A DNA stretch of 64,000 nucleotides from Lama guanicoe (lineage: Eukaryota). The notes beneath the pieces were generated by a model that was given only the letters and a program-made list of their open reading frames with translations, made no database searches and was not told the DNA's origin. Shown here piece by piece: positions 13,336 to 27,770 of this stretch; the first letter of the stretch is position 1; each line of letters opens with the position of its first letter. The stretch is from positions 12,804,974-12,868,973 of the forward strand of contig MU054187.1 in NCBI GenBank assembly GCA_013239625.1. The letters run 5' to 3'. The position numbers and the translations under genes are program-made.

Positions 13336-15889
13336 TCTTTATAAATCAATGTTTCTCATTTGACTCTTCATTTTCCTCAGAATGGTAATAGATAAAATTT
13401 AACTAAAATCATTTCCCATCAGCCCCAAGCTCCTCATTATTTGTGAAGTGATATTTACAAATGTAACCAGCATGAGAAATGCCCTGTTGCCTTGGTCACA
13501 GCTTCCTGCCCAGGGTCGCAGGGCTGGGGTGGGTGTCTGTGTGCTGGGGGGCATGCGTTGGTGGGAGTGCTTGGAGGCCACGTGGAGAGATGGTCTTATC
13601 CAGTCTTGCGCCTTATCCCCGATGAAGCCCTGCAGTGGCTCTGCATGACTGGACTGAATCTTCAAATCTGCTATTTTCGACAGCACATACACACACCCTA
13701 GTCAGTGGAATTCTACTTCAACATGTCTCAAAAACCAAGGGACGGCTTTGTACACCATGTCTCCCTGTCTCACATACCCCAACAGACATCACTAAAGGAA
13801 TCACAACAAAATGGTGGCCATCGGCTCCAGAAAACCCAGAGTCTTTTCAGACATGGCAACCTCTGTTCAGTCTATGGAAAATGATCTCAATAAGTTGTTT
13901 ATAAATCAAAGAGGGGGGGTGCAGCTTCTGTAAGAGGAATGACTCTAGGACCTAGAACAGTACCTGATCCAACATTGGTGCTCAATGTTGTTGAGTAAAT
14001 AAATGAGGGATTCAGCAACTTCTAAGATTTATTACAGAAAAGTCCGCAGACTATTGCAGCATTTCATAAACTGGCAGACATGACGCCCAAGACAGAAAAG
14101 AGTCTTGATTAATCCCTTTTTGGGAATCATCAGAGGTGGTTCTCTTTTCAGAGGTCCCTGGATACTACCGGGAGCATGCTATCTGTGAAACCCAGATACC
14201 CCAGCACCTATAGCACGGTCCTGGTACTTACAGGCAGATGATAGCACAATATCTAGACCACAGCTTAGCAGTGGCCAAGAGTGTGAACTGACTGTGATTC
14301 TGCTGTTTGTTATGGGAAACCCATAATAGAAAAACTCTCTACTGAAAAATACTGCTTTAGACTTATTAGCTGAGGGGGCCAAGACAAATAATATGTGATC
14401 TTCATAGTGACAATGATTACCTAATTGCCATTGCTGGAACTTTGCTTTATGAATAATTTTCTGCTACCTCTCTGTGAGGATGTACTGAAGTGGCTTCCTG
14501 GAAAAACACTGGCCGGATTTAATGCTTATGACTTTTAAACTGCAGAACACTCTAAACAAAGTAAATTACCATTAGATAATCCAAAATATTCTTGGAGAAA
14601 CTGGGGCTGCATCTGGATTCAGCTGTTACATCTTTTTCATTTAAAACTAAAAGTATGCCTGCCTCTGGGGAAGAAAAAGAATTTGACCATAAAGTCCAAT
14701 CAAATGACCTCCAATTACTCAGATATACTTGAGGTTCTGTGCCGTTTATTTTAGAGGGAAGAAAGCAAACAAGTAGGGGCTTGTGGCAGTTTTTCTTTGT
14801 TGAAATGTATGGTAGATTATTTGGAGGAAAAGAAAAAAGGATCAGAAGTTCTTGCCTTTCAAATATGACTGGAAATCCATAATCAGATTGGAAACATTTG
14901 TCCACCACATGCCTTTGTGCTGGTAAACTTGGGAGTGAATTCCTGCCCAGAAGACTGAGGCTCCAGCCTCTACCAGTTAGGGCAAAGACTGGGATTTTTT
15001 TTTTTTTAATAAGAGGCAGAGACCTGTTTTTATGTGCTCTGCATTTAGTATGGCAGGACATATTAAAAAAAAAAAACTTGGCTTGAGTGAAAAGTGAGGA
15101 CTTGTGCATTAACTCTTACTAAGAGGTAATTAAACTTTCCCCTTACCTCCTGGAGGGTTGCCTCCCATTCTCCCCCACACGGATGACGGAGTGATCAGTG
15201 ATACCTTGGGTTGGGCTTGACAGCTACAAAAGGGTGGATACCGTTTGGTTCTACACCCAGTGGTCTCACATAGAGGCAATCACAGGATGGAGTTCCCTCC
15301 TACTGGTAAACTACTATTCCATCTGGTAAGGTGGTTAGAAAGAAAGAAAGGGAAGTGGAGGCCAGCCATCAAGGAGGTGGGGTTATGTGGGCCGGGCTGC
15401 GCTGTGCCCTGGACGACGCCCCTTCTTACTGGGCACCACCAGGCTCCCTGGTTTGCATCCATCACTCCATCACTAACCAACCCACCACAAAGCAGAAGTT
15501 TGGGGATAATGAAGATAGATGACCGAGGAACGAGAAAAGTGAATGTTTAAAGAGAAATGTATAACAAAATAGGTCTGATTCTATAAAAGGGACTGAAAAA
15601 CGATTTAATGATTTGACTGAATTTACTGAAAACTGACTTTCCTATCGCCTTATATCTTTCCCCCTCACCTTCATAATATTTTGAAGCTGTTGTATAGATG
15701 CACAAAGGCAACTTGTCTAAGACTATTTTTCTATGTTGACTTCAGCAATGCCTCTCTTAAGTGTAACATTTATAAAATATGGACCTTGCTCGATGCTTCT
15801 GAACCTGAAATGTGAACTTTTTAAGAGGAGTGATGTTGAAGATCCAATGGTGTCTACTTTACTTTTTTTGGAGTATTTTTATTGTATTA

Positions 15890-16090
15890 AAATGTTTTTC
15901 CTCCCACATTATTGATATAATTGACATACAGCACTGTCCAGGTGGAAGGTATGCAGCATAGTGATTTGACATACATGCATTATGAAATGATTAGCACATT
16001 TTAGTTTAGTGAACATCCATCATCTCATGTGGATACATCATTAAAGAAATAGAAAACAAATTTTTTAAAATTATTAAACAAAAATTTTTT
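15890..16090 (-). mobile_element. L1 3' end fragment
   Basis: attgatataattgacatacagcactg...gcatagtgatttgacatac...ttagtgaacatccatcatctcat. Confidence 0.65.
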
Positions 16091-19000
16091 TCCTCATCCA
16101 AAAACACCCCCTGTAGATTTAGCACACCTTGTGACATTTGGATTATCCAGAAGGAGTTTGTTGGAAATCACAAAGTTAGGTGACAGCCCAGCCCAGTTGG
16201 TGCCCGTGGAGCATTTAGCATTCATTTCGGGGCTGAACATGTCAGTACTCTTGACACAGCTATGGAACTCAATCAACTGGTGGCCTGAGGGAACACTTTA
16301 CCATTACAATTTGTTACTGATACAACTCACGGGACAGATGCTCATTATAAGACAGAGAGTTAATGAGGCCAAGGATCTCTGTTCAGTGCCTCTAGGGACC
16401 AGTTATCTTTGTTCTGTTCCAAGGCTGCCTCCACAACCCATAACCTTTGCCAGCTGTCACACACCAGGGCATGCTCTTTGTCACACGGGGGCCCAGAAGG
16501 GAGGCTGTGAGCCGCTGAGCCCAGGCGCATCACCACTTAGGAGAAACGAAGCTGGAGCCATGCACTCCTCAGAGAGGTCACCTGCAACAACTGAGTAAGT
16601 GGCGAACAGTCCAGTTCATAGCCTGGACCGAGGGCTGTCACCACGTGTTGTGGTTCTATGCGGCCAGTGGCCGGGCATGGTTGGCTGGAGACGAGCTCGC
16701 CATATTTGCTGAACATGGAGTCACTCCAAAGCCCCGATTCTAGCAAAATACTCAACACACAGAATTCAAAGTGGACTTGGGCCTATTACAACAGCTTACC
16801 CCGTCCAGAAACCCCCTTTTGCTGAACCCATATATTTCAGATTATTCCAGTATTACCTAGGAACATTCTTCGAATAATAGACTGGTATATTTTCTTTCTG
16901 GCAAGCCTCACCTTGATCTGCATTATCATTTAGACCCCTTCTGAAAACACCATTCATTTCAATAAGCAATAGAGACTGAAATAAAATTCCATTCATGCTT
17001 AACTCTCCAATGTGGTTTGGAAATGCTTTCTTCTTCAGCCAGTCTTATGTTACATGCTGGATGGTCTTTTCTTTGACCACCTCATAAAAAGGGGCTCATA
17101 AATACTTTTCATGTGTTATTTAAACTAGCGGTACTCCCCGAGGCACTGCACTCCTTTTTTTTTTTTTTTAAATCCTTTGTGTATTTCGAAAGCATTTTTA
17201 AACCAGTAGCAGAGGTAAAAGCATCGCCTAACTGGAGAGGGCCATGTTCTGTCACTATCAGGCCACAAATTTCCTTTACTGATAAAAAAGAATTTACTTC
17301 TCAGCAAAATGTTGCCTGATTTATACGCTTTCTTTCTAAAAATAATCCTGTGTGAGCTATAAGTGTCAGAGTTTGAATATATGTGTCTTTTCTTAATGCT
17401 TGGAATTGTGACTTTTCAGCATGAGGATATGCTACAGTATTTTGGTAAACAAAGATTTCTTTTCTCATAACAACCTGTTAACTTCTAAGTAAGGAGGGAG
17501 AGGAGACAGAAGGGTTGTTGTCTGGTGTAGGCTTGTTGTGCTGTGTGTGGCGTGGTCTTGGCTTGGAGATGAGATGGTCCATCTACCCTCCCTAGCAGGT
17601 TAGGGTAGGGGCATGGCTGGCACCTCATTGATGCCCTGACACACACGTTGCTTTTCCCTTGAGTCTCTTAGCTTTTGTATTTTTATTACACTTGCCCTTC
17701 CTGCTCTGAGATAAACTTTGGTTGGCTCTACTACTATGTTCTTCATTTCATTTTTGCATGCATCCACCATGGCTCCCTACTCCTTACTTAAGTCATGGAA
17801 TACTAATACAGAGTTAGAAGGGGACTGAGAGACCATCCAGTCCCTCTTCCCTCTAAGTACAGAAATCCTTCCTTCAGTATTCCACATGGCTGCCTCTCTC
17901 GTATTTGTTCCCATCATTTTAGGAACAAGTAGTTTTCAGCTTTGCAGGTTGCACCCTTATTGCTCAGACTGAGAGATTCTAAGCATGGATTGTATCTTCA
18001 CCCCTCTGTTGGCACTTACCTACAAAGCTTATGAACTCAGTGGAACTTTGTGTACCTAATTTTGCTAGACTCCTTATGGGTTTGAGAAATGTCAGCTCTA
18101 ATCCTCCTAACTGCCTTATTTACAGTCATCCTTCTTCAGTGTATATATCCCAATCCATACGGACGGACGTGACTTCTCGACAAAATTCATGGACCTGTAT
18201 TTCCAGTTGCTTCCTGGTCATCTCTACATGGGTTCATTTAACCTTCTTTAAATGATGAGGATGTGAGATGCAGAGATTGTATGATTTTTCCAAGTTCGCA
18301 CAGCTAGACAATGGCAGTCAAGAATCAGCCAAGGTCTCCTGGCTACTAGACCAGGGCAACAGCCTCTGTGTTTACAAATTCCTGTTTGGTGTGTTTAGTG
18401 GCAGGGGTAGTGGGCAATTTTTAAAATATTTAAGACACTACCAGTGAAATCCAGGAGATTTTTTATAATCTCACTTAAAATGGGAGCCTTTGTTTTTACT
18501 AAATGGAGAGCTGGGGAAACTTGAGGATCATTTTGTGCTGCTGGAGTCTCCTGCTGAATTCCCATACTATCAAGATTCTCTTACAACATCTGGCCACTTT
18601 ACAGGGCGTTTCATGGAGCAAATCAATTAACGTTAAAGAAAAAAAAGTCAGGGCTGAGAGAAAGAAAGAAAATATTTGAATGGTAGTGTTGCGCTCTCCA
18701 AATTCCTGAATTTTGGATGGCAGAGTTGCACAAAATCTTGTAACTAATCACTTCTGTGTAACACAACTTACTCTTTAACAAAAATGTAAACATTTTATTT
18801 TCAAACTTAGACCAGGGTTGTGAGATTCTTTTGGACCGTCGACAAAACATAGACATTATTTTATACGAATACCCTTAGCTATACCACAAATTTATCCTCT
18901 GTCTGACAGTGGGGTCTGAGACGAAGACTGTGGGTTGAGAAATTACTTTTAGCCATTAAGACCCTGGGAGTGGTTCTTCTGAGATATAGTTATTGGATTC

Positions 19001-21058
19001 TGGCTAAACAGTGCAGGGGAATCTTGGCAATGGCTACTGAGATCACTTGAACAGTGCTCGATGTAGAAAAACATAGAAGCTATTTCCACCTGTGAAGTTA
19101 AGTCTTGGTAAATTCACTTCAAATAGTTCACATTGGTTGTTCCCATAGAGACTCAGTAGATATGTGCCACAGACATGGAATCGTGAAGTCATTCACTTAC
19201 TCACTTATCTCTATCTTGAATATATAAACACCACCAGATGCTGATCTATCTAAAGTATTTAGAATAGTGCTTGACACATAGTTGGTGCTCAATACATCAG
19301 TCATCAAATCAATAGAGGAGCGTGATTAAAGAACAGAGTTGATGCTTTAATGCTCTGTGAACTTAGGGTAGTCACCGTTTTATAAATTCTGTGATATTTT
19401 GGAAAGAACCTAATTTCTCTGATTTGCAGAAATCCTCCTCTATGAGAGGATAGCACTTCTCTTGCAGGGCTGGTGTAAGAATGAAATGGAGTGACATTTA
19501 CCAAGTGGCTCCATCACTAATTAGCAATTCTATGGAAATAAATGTGTTTAACTTACATCTGTTTCTTTATCTGTTACGTGGGGCTGAAAATGCCTGGCTT
19601 ATGACTCTCCTATGGTCCAATAAGTCATAAATGATCAGACTTATTACACTGCAGATGCCATAGAATGTAAGGCACTGTTACCACACGCCTCTATTCAGAG
19701 TCGACAAGCAAATGCCCTTCTCAGGCACTTAATTCTGACTAAAGTGAAGCTCGTTAATGAACATGACTTTGAGATCACAAGGCTTGCCGTGTCTTCATTC
19801 ACCTCTCCAAACATAATCAAATGAATATACTATTAAGTACCTCTTTGAAAAATCAAAGTTTCTTTACTATCGCTGAGCTGACAGAAACAATGCTGAGAAT
19901 GGAGGGGATGAGGACAGTTCAGTCCTCTCCAAGGATTCCAGTTCACGGGGAAGGGGCGTCCCTCCTCTTGTCCACTCGGGGAACCTCTTGGGCTCAGGCG
20001 TTCGTCTAGGTATTTACCGCACTCTTTCCCAGCCCCTCCCCAGCAGACACCCCCTGCCTCGAACATACACATACTGCAGTGAGACAGACTTCAGGCGTTG
20101 TTTTCTCTTACTCCCTTCCCCAAGTCCTTTCCCAGGCTGTGGAAGGCAATGAGCTATAATCTGTTGGAAATGGAAATACAGCAATAACTCCAAAACGGAG
20201 CGAGCCTCACAAGTTTGAAAAATTGAGCCAAGCTGCATGATTTTCTAAACATTCCATCACATTAATACCTTGTGGGTCTAGGGGGACCTCCATCTAAATC
20301 TCTCCAGACACTTTCTTGAGTTTGGTTAATTCTCAGTGTAGCCATGGTGAAACATTTCCACATTTTGGAGGGGCCGCGAATGAAGCCCACACGCAGTCAG
20401 GACACCGCCCGGGAACCCCGGTGAGAAGAGGAAGCTTCGACCCTGAGCTCCGTTGTCTCTCAGCACCTGCGGGCACGGCCGGCGAAGCTGTGCAGCGGGA
20501 TGTGGGGAGAAGACAAGGGAGTTTGTTTCAAATCAAATTCAGTTTTCAAATGGAACAAGAAACACATTGCTTTATTTTTCATAGCTGGAAGATTCCATAC
20601 TTGCCAAACGATGGAATGGAAAGAATTTGTCTAGAATCAACTACTTTCTGTGGCCTCTGTCTGGAATTCTCCCCGTGACCAAATTATTAATGAAATTATT
20701 CAATAAACAATTACCAGACACATTCTAGGTACTCTCCTAGGTTTTAGAAAACATAAATGTGGACAAGAGTACCCCCTTCCCTCACAGAGCTCACTGTGTG
20801 ATAACTGAGAGGCCAACAGACACATTATTGAAATACCACAGGGTAATCTATGTATACCACACATATGTTTGTGAATTCACTCTTCAACCTTAAAAAGAAA
20901 CTTCTTCCAGGAAGCCTTCCCTGAATGTTCTCTACCTAAAATTATGCCTCTGAACTGCCCCAGCCTTATATCTGTATATCCCTTGTGGTCCTTTTATCTT
21001 TTTACCTTGCATTATGGTTATGTATATACATTATTTTCCTTAGTGATTGAAGTCTCTT

Positions 21059-21992
21059 TTTATATATACATATATATGTTTTATTGAAGTATAGTCAGTT
21101 TACAATGTGTCAGTTTCTGGTGTACAGCAAAATACTTCAGTCATATAGTAACTTACATATATTCATTTTCATATTCTTTTTAACTATAAGTTACTACAAG
21201 ATATAAACTTGTTGTTTATCTATTTTATATTTAGTAGTTAGTATCTGCAAATCTCAAACTCCCAATTTATCCCTTCCCATCCCCTTCCCCTTCTGGTAAA
21301 CATAAGTTTGTTTTCTATGTAAGTCTGTTTCTGTTTTGTAAATAAGTTTGTCTTTTTTTTTTTTAGACTCCACATAAAAGTGATATCATATGGTATTTTT
21401 CTTTCTCTTTCTGGCTTACTTCACTTAGAATGACATTCCATTCTCCAGGTCCATCTATGTTGCTGCAAATGGCATTATTTTATTATTTTTATGGCTGAGT
21501 AGTATTCAGTTGTATAAATATACCACAACTTCTTTATCCAGTCATCTGTTGATGGACATTTAGGTTGTTTCCATGTCTTGGCTATTGTATATAGTGTTGC
21601 TATGAACATTGGGGTGCAGGTGTCTTTTTGAAGTAGGGTTCCTTCTGGATATATGCCCAGGAGTGGGATTCCTGGGTCATATGGTAAGTCTGTTTTTAGT
21701 CTTTTGAGGAATCTCTGTACTGCTTTCCACGGTGGCTGCACCAAACTACATTCCCACCAGCAGTGTAGGAGGGTTCCCTTTTCTCCACACCCTCTCCAGC
21801 ATTTATCGTTCGTGGACTTTTGAATGATGGCCATTCTGACTGGTGTGAGGTGATACCTCATTGTAGTTTTGATTTGCATTTCTCTGATAATTAATGACAT
21901 TGAGCATTTTTTCATGTGCCTATTGGCCATTTGCATGACTTCACTGGAGAACTGCTTGTTTAGGTCTCCTGCCCATTTTTGGATTGGGTTGT
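21059..21992 (-). mobile_element. 5'-truncated, relatively young L1 (ORF2 C-terminus plus 3' UTR) inserted in an L2
   Basis: ORF 21475-21936 is L1 ORF2p C-terminal, with the CCHC motif ([18 protein letters not shown]) and [24 protein letters not shown] ttgaagt(c/t)tctt at 21047-21058 and 21993-22004. Confidence 0.93.
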
Positions 21993-23974
21993 TTGAAGTT
22001 TCTTGACTATATTATATTCTGAGTACCTGTAACTTGTGCACAATATCCACTTAATATATGAGTTGAATGAACAAAGAATGAACACGTCAAAACTTGGCCA
22101 GTAATGTAAGAGATCTTATGCTTTATAACAGGGTGATACACATCTTTGTTCAGTAAATACCACTAGGAGCTGGTCAAGTGTAGAAAAGGAGAGGGGGAGG
22201 AAGGAAGGATGTCTACATATGTAGGATCTGAACATCTGTAGGGAGTTCTCAACTATATTCATGAGAAACTGAAGGCAGTACAACTGATTAAAATGGACTT
22301 TCGTTCTCATGATTGATTTCAGTAGGTGACTTAAACAACAGATGGTGGAATTCCCAAAGCATTCACAGCTCAAATATAAACCTATATTGTGTGTATGGTT
22401 TGGGTATTCTTTTGTTTATGGGACAAACTTAAAAAAAAACAAACGCTTATGCCCTACACTTTCCTCTGCTCAAAAACAGCATCTGGTGAGGAAACGGGGA
22501 CTACTTTCACTTTCTAAGGGTGAATCTTTGGTGCTATACGCGTCAATCTGGATAAATAAAAGATGAAAAGATATGAGGAACAGTAGGAATCACAAAATTG
22601 TATCTGTAAAGTAGAAAGGCTGAGATGTGCCTATAAAAATAGGCATCAGGAAAGATATTAATTGCTCGGAAACAAGCAGCCCGATCCAGGTGTACAGATA
22701 AATGGCAGAGCCTAAGTGTATAGGTGATGATGTAATGTTAGCCATAATAGAGTCAGCACGCTAGAAAAAAGCGTCAGTTCATTTTTTGGAGCTCCGTACT
22801 CGTCTGGAAGCATGCTTACGTGGAGCTTAGTAACCCGATGTTTAATTTTCCTTAGATGTATGCAGGGCTCGCTTGGAGCAAAGGGCTGTTGCTGCATCCT
22901 CTGCTGGGCCCTTCTCACTTACCAGGCTGGGGAGCTGGCTTTGGAATGGGGTTTTGGCGTGGTGGACTCGTGGACCAGCTCGGGGCAGTGAGGGGCTGCA
23001 CTTCTCTGCCGTGAGGAGGGTTGGAGTGCCTTCATGTACTCCTGGGATTCCCTTTCAAGGAATATCTTGGACTAAACTGTCTTCTTCCTGATGGATTGTG
23101 TTTTGGCTCCTCCTTTACCAAGGATATAATCAGGGGCTGTTAAAATTTTTTTGGACTTTGATTTGGCCGGTAACTACACTGTTTTTGGAAACCTGTTTTC
23201 ATTTAATTTCATTTCCTCTTTCCTGTTAAGCACATCACTGGACTGGAAGAGCAGAATCTCAGGTTTTTGGAAGTCTTTGCGTTGAGGGCTGCTGCTCAGC
23301 TCATATTGGGTACCAAAGGAGAAGACAACTGAAGCTGACTTCAGTGGTTCCCTCCAAGGGAAAGCCAGAATCCACACCCTGACCTGCCTTAGGTGGTTAG
23401 CACTAGCTTCGAAACAATAGTCATTTAATACTATCATAACATTACATAAGTCATTTCCTTCCCTTCTAGAATGTGAAGGGTTATGTGAGAAGCAAAGAAA
23501 AACTCATATTTTCCACCGGCCTCCAATTATCCTTTCATCTGTACCAAAATATGGAGAGTGATGTTAAAAACTTGTGTGAGAATCTGGCAGAGTTTTATAC
23601 GTTAATGTTGGCTCTGGTCTGGTTTCTGAAACCATCCTGGTAATTTGGAAGGTTTGCCAGCAAAAGCCGATTGTTCCGCGGGGGTTGTCAGTTTCATTCT
23701 TAGACAGTGGCTTTCCGTGGTCAGTTTGCTGTTGCTTTTAAAGAACACAAAACATGCCGGACAAGATTCCTGCTTACTCCCTTTGGCAAGTGTGTTTGGC
23801 GTCCACGTGACAGATCAGTGGAATTTTTAGAAAACACAGGCATTTTGTGATATGAGAGGAACATGATGAAACGGGATGAAGAAAAGGCTGAGGGAGCGAA
23901 ATTCATTGTCAGACACATAACCTTGTGTATCTAAATGAAAGAGAGCCTTTTCGTTGCCACCAAGCAACAAAAGC

Positions 23975-24430
23975 ACCACTGCTTTAAAGCAAATATCACA
24001 ATAAAGTGAATCATACAAATTTTTACATTTCCCAATGCATGTGAAAATTATGTCTACACTCTACTGCAGTCTATTAAGTGTGCAATAGCATTGTGTCTAG
24101 AAAAATCAATGTACATACCTTAATTTAAAAATGCTTTACTGCTAAAAAATGCTAACCATCAACTGAGCCTTTGATGAGTCATATTTTGGCAATAGAAATG
24201 TCAAAGATCACTGATTTCAGATCACCCTAGCAAATATAACCATAGTGAAAACGTTTGAAATGTTGCAAGAATGACCAAGATATGACACAGAGACACGAAG
24301 TGAGCAAATGCTATTGGAAAAATGGTGCCGATAGACTTGCTCGATACCACAAACTTTCAATTTGTTAAAAAAAAAATGCAGTATCTGTGAAGCACAAAAA
24401 AGTCAAGCACGCTAGCAGGAGGTCTGCTTG
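23975..24430 (-). mobile_element. Short non-autonomous Tigger1 derivative (Tigger1a-like)
   Basis: Matches both ends of the Tigger1 at 33615-35477 (ttaagtgtgcaatagcatt..., gtgagcaaatg...ggaaaaatggtgcc) joined with no transposase. Right TIR gaggtctgcttg followed by TA. Confidence 0.85.
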
Positions 24431-26941
24431 TAGAAGTTAAACTATTGCTGTCATGAAACTTCATGTAGTGAAATCAGGTAATAGTGAAGTGGTGTTTGAT
24501 TTGACTAGAAACACGTTATTGTCACTTTTTCAAAAGCCACCATGAAAATCTGAGCGTGATATGGTTCTTTAAAAAAAAAAAAGTGACAGTGACATGGTGA
24601 CTGACATTCCTTTTATTCTCTTCAACTTTAAGGCTGAGATCTTCCAGGATGGCTTCTGGAAGAGGTGGAATGTATTATGATGACAAAAATAAAGTGTTAA
24701 TGAGATAAGATGTAAGCACAGGCTGGACATGTGGCAGTATCTTTGCTGGGGAAGGATTTATTGGTCCAGGCAGGTGTGGGCTTCCATCCCTCAATGTGCT
24801 GGCTGGACTTCTCTTACCAAATCTTGGCCCCTAGGATTGTTTCCCATCAGTGGGCTTTGCTGTATTGACAGCCATACTCCCTGCAAAAGCTTATCGATGG
24901 CCAAGGTGGGCTGTACACAGTCAAGCTCACCGCCATCCACCGCCCGCCTTCTCTCGGTGCCCTTGCTCACCACTGTGCCCCCCGTAAACCTGCACCAGAC
25001 AGATGAGAACATGGGTAGTCATCAGACTCTTTGGATGTCTGTAGACTATTAACAAAGTGACGAAAACATCTGGTGCTCACTGACAAAACGAGTGGCATAT
25101 CTTGCCTGGGGTGGCCAAGGATCAGAGAGTAACTGGGCTTTGTAAATAGCTTTGCTCAGTATCTCCATCCCCCTGCCCCAAACAAGAAAAATAAAATTTA
25201 ATAAATAAACCCACATGCTCATAGTTTTTTCCTCTTTTTTTCAGCATCTGATAGAGACTGGGACAGATTTAGTGTCTCATATACTTGCCAACCAGCTATT
25301 TCACTGCTGATGTGTGTAAGAAAAATGGCTGGTATCTAGTGAAGTTGACTTCAATACCAATAAACAACACCTCTCCTTCCATCACAATGTTTAGCAGGGA
25401 TGAAAGTTTAGGCAATCTTTTCCCAGCCTGATGCCCAAGTCAAACATGATCACTGTTTGGAATTTTTCAGTGGATCAAAGCGGTCAACCTCAGGCTTGCA
25501 CAAATGGCTTTTAATGTCTAAGTTCCCACCTTGATCATAAGGAAGTCGAGTCCTACCAGTTCTTTTCCACCAGGAGAGAAGTTTCTCCTCGTAAAGGGGA
25601 AGGGGAGAAGTAATTAAAAGAAAAAAACCCAAAAAAACAAAAACCCTCAAATAACGAGCTCTCCCTTTTTCTCCTAGTGAGAAGAAATCAGGTTCTCAGC
25701 TTGTTAATTAACTTATAAATAAATTCAGAAGTTTCCTGGTTATTCTCTCTTTGGTTGCAGAGTGTGACTTTGAAGTAAACCTCACTGTTGAGTGGTTGGA
25801 CATTGAGCTAATGAGATTTTACTGTTTCGAACAGCTGGTCAAATTTGGAGGCCCCTCGAGCCTAAAGGCAACTGCTGATTTACAAGGATCCTGTAATAGA
25901 CGCAGTCTTGGCTGATGCTTTTGTTGTTGGTTTAGGCTGGAGCAAAGGTGTAGATTTTGTGATGCCGTAAAAATGTCAAGTGATTGATTTGAGAATATGT
26001 AATACCCAGAGGCAGCCCCGGACTAGGAGCCGCATCTTGTGTGGCTCATATTCGAGAATGTTTTAGGAAAGCTTGGGTGATCAACGTGGCAGTGTGTTTT
26101 AGAGGAGGCAGCTTTGAAAGAACTGGCTGTTTACAGCTGGGTGGAGCTGAAAAGAAGCCTTTGAAAATTATAACTCGCTCCCCATCTCCCTTCCTTGTTG
26201 GTAAGGATGTTAAAGCAAATTCCAGGACTCACATTGTGTGATCTCTGCATCATTGTATCTCTACAAAATAGAGACATATTCTTTAAAACATAAACATCAT
26301 AATTCTTTGGTATCATCTGATACCTAGTTTTGTTTTGTTTTATTTTTTGGATTGTCTTGGAAGTGTCTTTTTAAGTTGGTTTGTTCATCCCAGGATCCAA
26401 ACAGGGTCACACATTAGCATTTTGTTGTTAACTCTCTTAACCCAGAAGATTCTCTCCTCAAGTAAGTTCTTTGTCTCCATTACAGACAGGAAAACAGGCT
26501 GAAGAGACCCTCAGGGACTGAGGGGGGACAGTGGTCTTTCAGAGCCCAGGTCTCTTCCTGCACCACCTGTCTCCTTTTCTTGGCAGATTCATTCCTCCTG
26601 CTGGGGTTGGGTTTATTTCCTCTGGGTATCTTCCTTTCCACCTGACTATCTTCTCCTCATTGCACCTTAGTAGGAAATCGGAAACTCAGGGTTCAGCTCT
26701 GATTGCGTTCCTGTTACCTGTGTTTGTCACTTTGTCCGGAATTATTTCAGAATAGAGTGGCTGAATCACAGAAATCACACAGTCAGCCCCAGAGCCTGGA
26801 TGTGGGAACCTGCTGCTTCCCTTGGTAGTTTCCAGAATTCTGGATGCTCTAGACAGTTCGTTGGCTTTTTTTTTTTTTTTTTGTGGGGGAAGGAAGGGAA
26901 GGCTGCTGATAAGGAGATAAATAAAACAAATTTATTTCTCT

Positions 26942-27268
26942 ATTTTTTTGATAGACTTTATTATTTTTAGAGCAGTTTCAGGTTTATAGCAGAACTGAGC
27001 AGAAAATACAGAGTTCTCACATAGCCGTCCCCACCCACACATATGTACTCCCCTACCCTCAACATCCCTCACCAGTGTGGCCTATTTGGTACAATTGATG
27101 AGCCAACATGGGCACATTATTATCAACCGAAGTCCATAGCCTACATTAGGGTTCACTCTTGATGTTGTGCATTCCATGGGTTTTGACAAATGCATAATGA
27201 CATGTAGCCACTATAGTATCATACAGAGTAATTTCATTGCCCTAAAAATCCCTTGTGCTCCATCTATT
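26942..27268 (-). mobile_element. L1MC1-like 3' end
   Basis: tagagcagtttcaggtttatagcagaactgagcagaaaatacagagttc...aagtccatagcctacattagggttcactcttg. Confidence 0.8.
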
Positions 27269-27549
27269 AATTTTTTTTTTAAGAGTTAGCGCTAGGCCTT
27301 CAGTATGTAATCCAGTAACTAGTCTAGGCGCTTACCAGGGGCGGAATTCTTAAACTGTGTTTTCACTAGTACCAGTCCAGAAAAGAGAACTTCCTCTCCG
27401 GCAGCAGCGAGAGCTCAGGGGGACCCCCTGCTGGTCCCCTCGCCTTAGTGAGGGGGTGGGATCAAAGGAAAACACAGGAAACAGTTCACACATCCATAAA
27501 AACCTAGGCTTTACCCCTGTTCATCTGGCATTCCGTCTCTCCCAGAGGC

Positions 27550-27770
27550 AGTCCTCCCCGGTCCCGCCCGCTGCCACGCCCTCACATCCTGCCCAGGAGC
27601 CGCGCTTTGCGGGCAGCCCGAGTGCTGGCGGCTACCTTTGCTGCTGCCTCTGGGCCGCTGAGACCCTCCTTCCCCCTCCCAGCCCCCACCCCTGGCCCCT
27701 GCTGACCGGGCCCTGCCCGAGGCCGCCCGGCGCGGTGGCACAGGGCTGCACTTCGGGCTTGCTGTGCGCT
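27550..27770. promoter_or_regulatory. Small orphan CpG-island-like segment
   Basis: 18 CpGs counted by eye in ~220 bp of very GC-rich, non-repeat-looking sequence, including a GC-box-like cccgccc. Confidence 0.5.

Noticed and set aside
14552..15109. 185-aa minus-strand ORF
   Set aside because: It crosses homopolymer runs (FFFF, KKKK) and resembles no protein I know; likely a chance ORF.
21475..21936. Uninterrupted 153-aa ORF as a host gene
   Set aside because: It is the L1 ORF2p C-terminus within a TSD-flanked truncated L1.
26309..26324. Inverted SIX-core pair GGTATCA-tc-TGATACC
   Set aside because: It appears to lie in a decayed L1MC-type fragment and lacks the flanking AAC/AAAC bases of full SIX sites.
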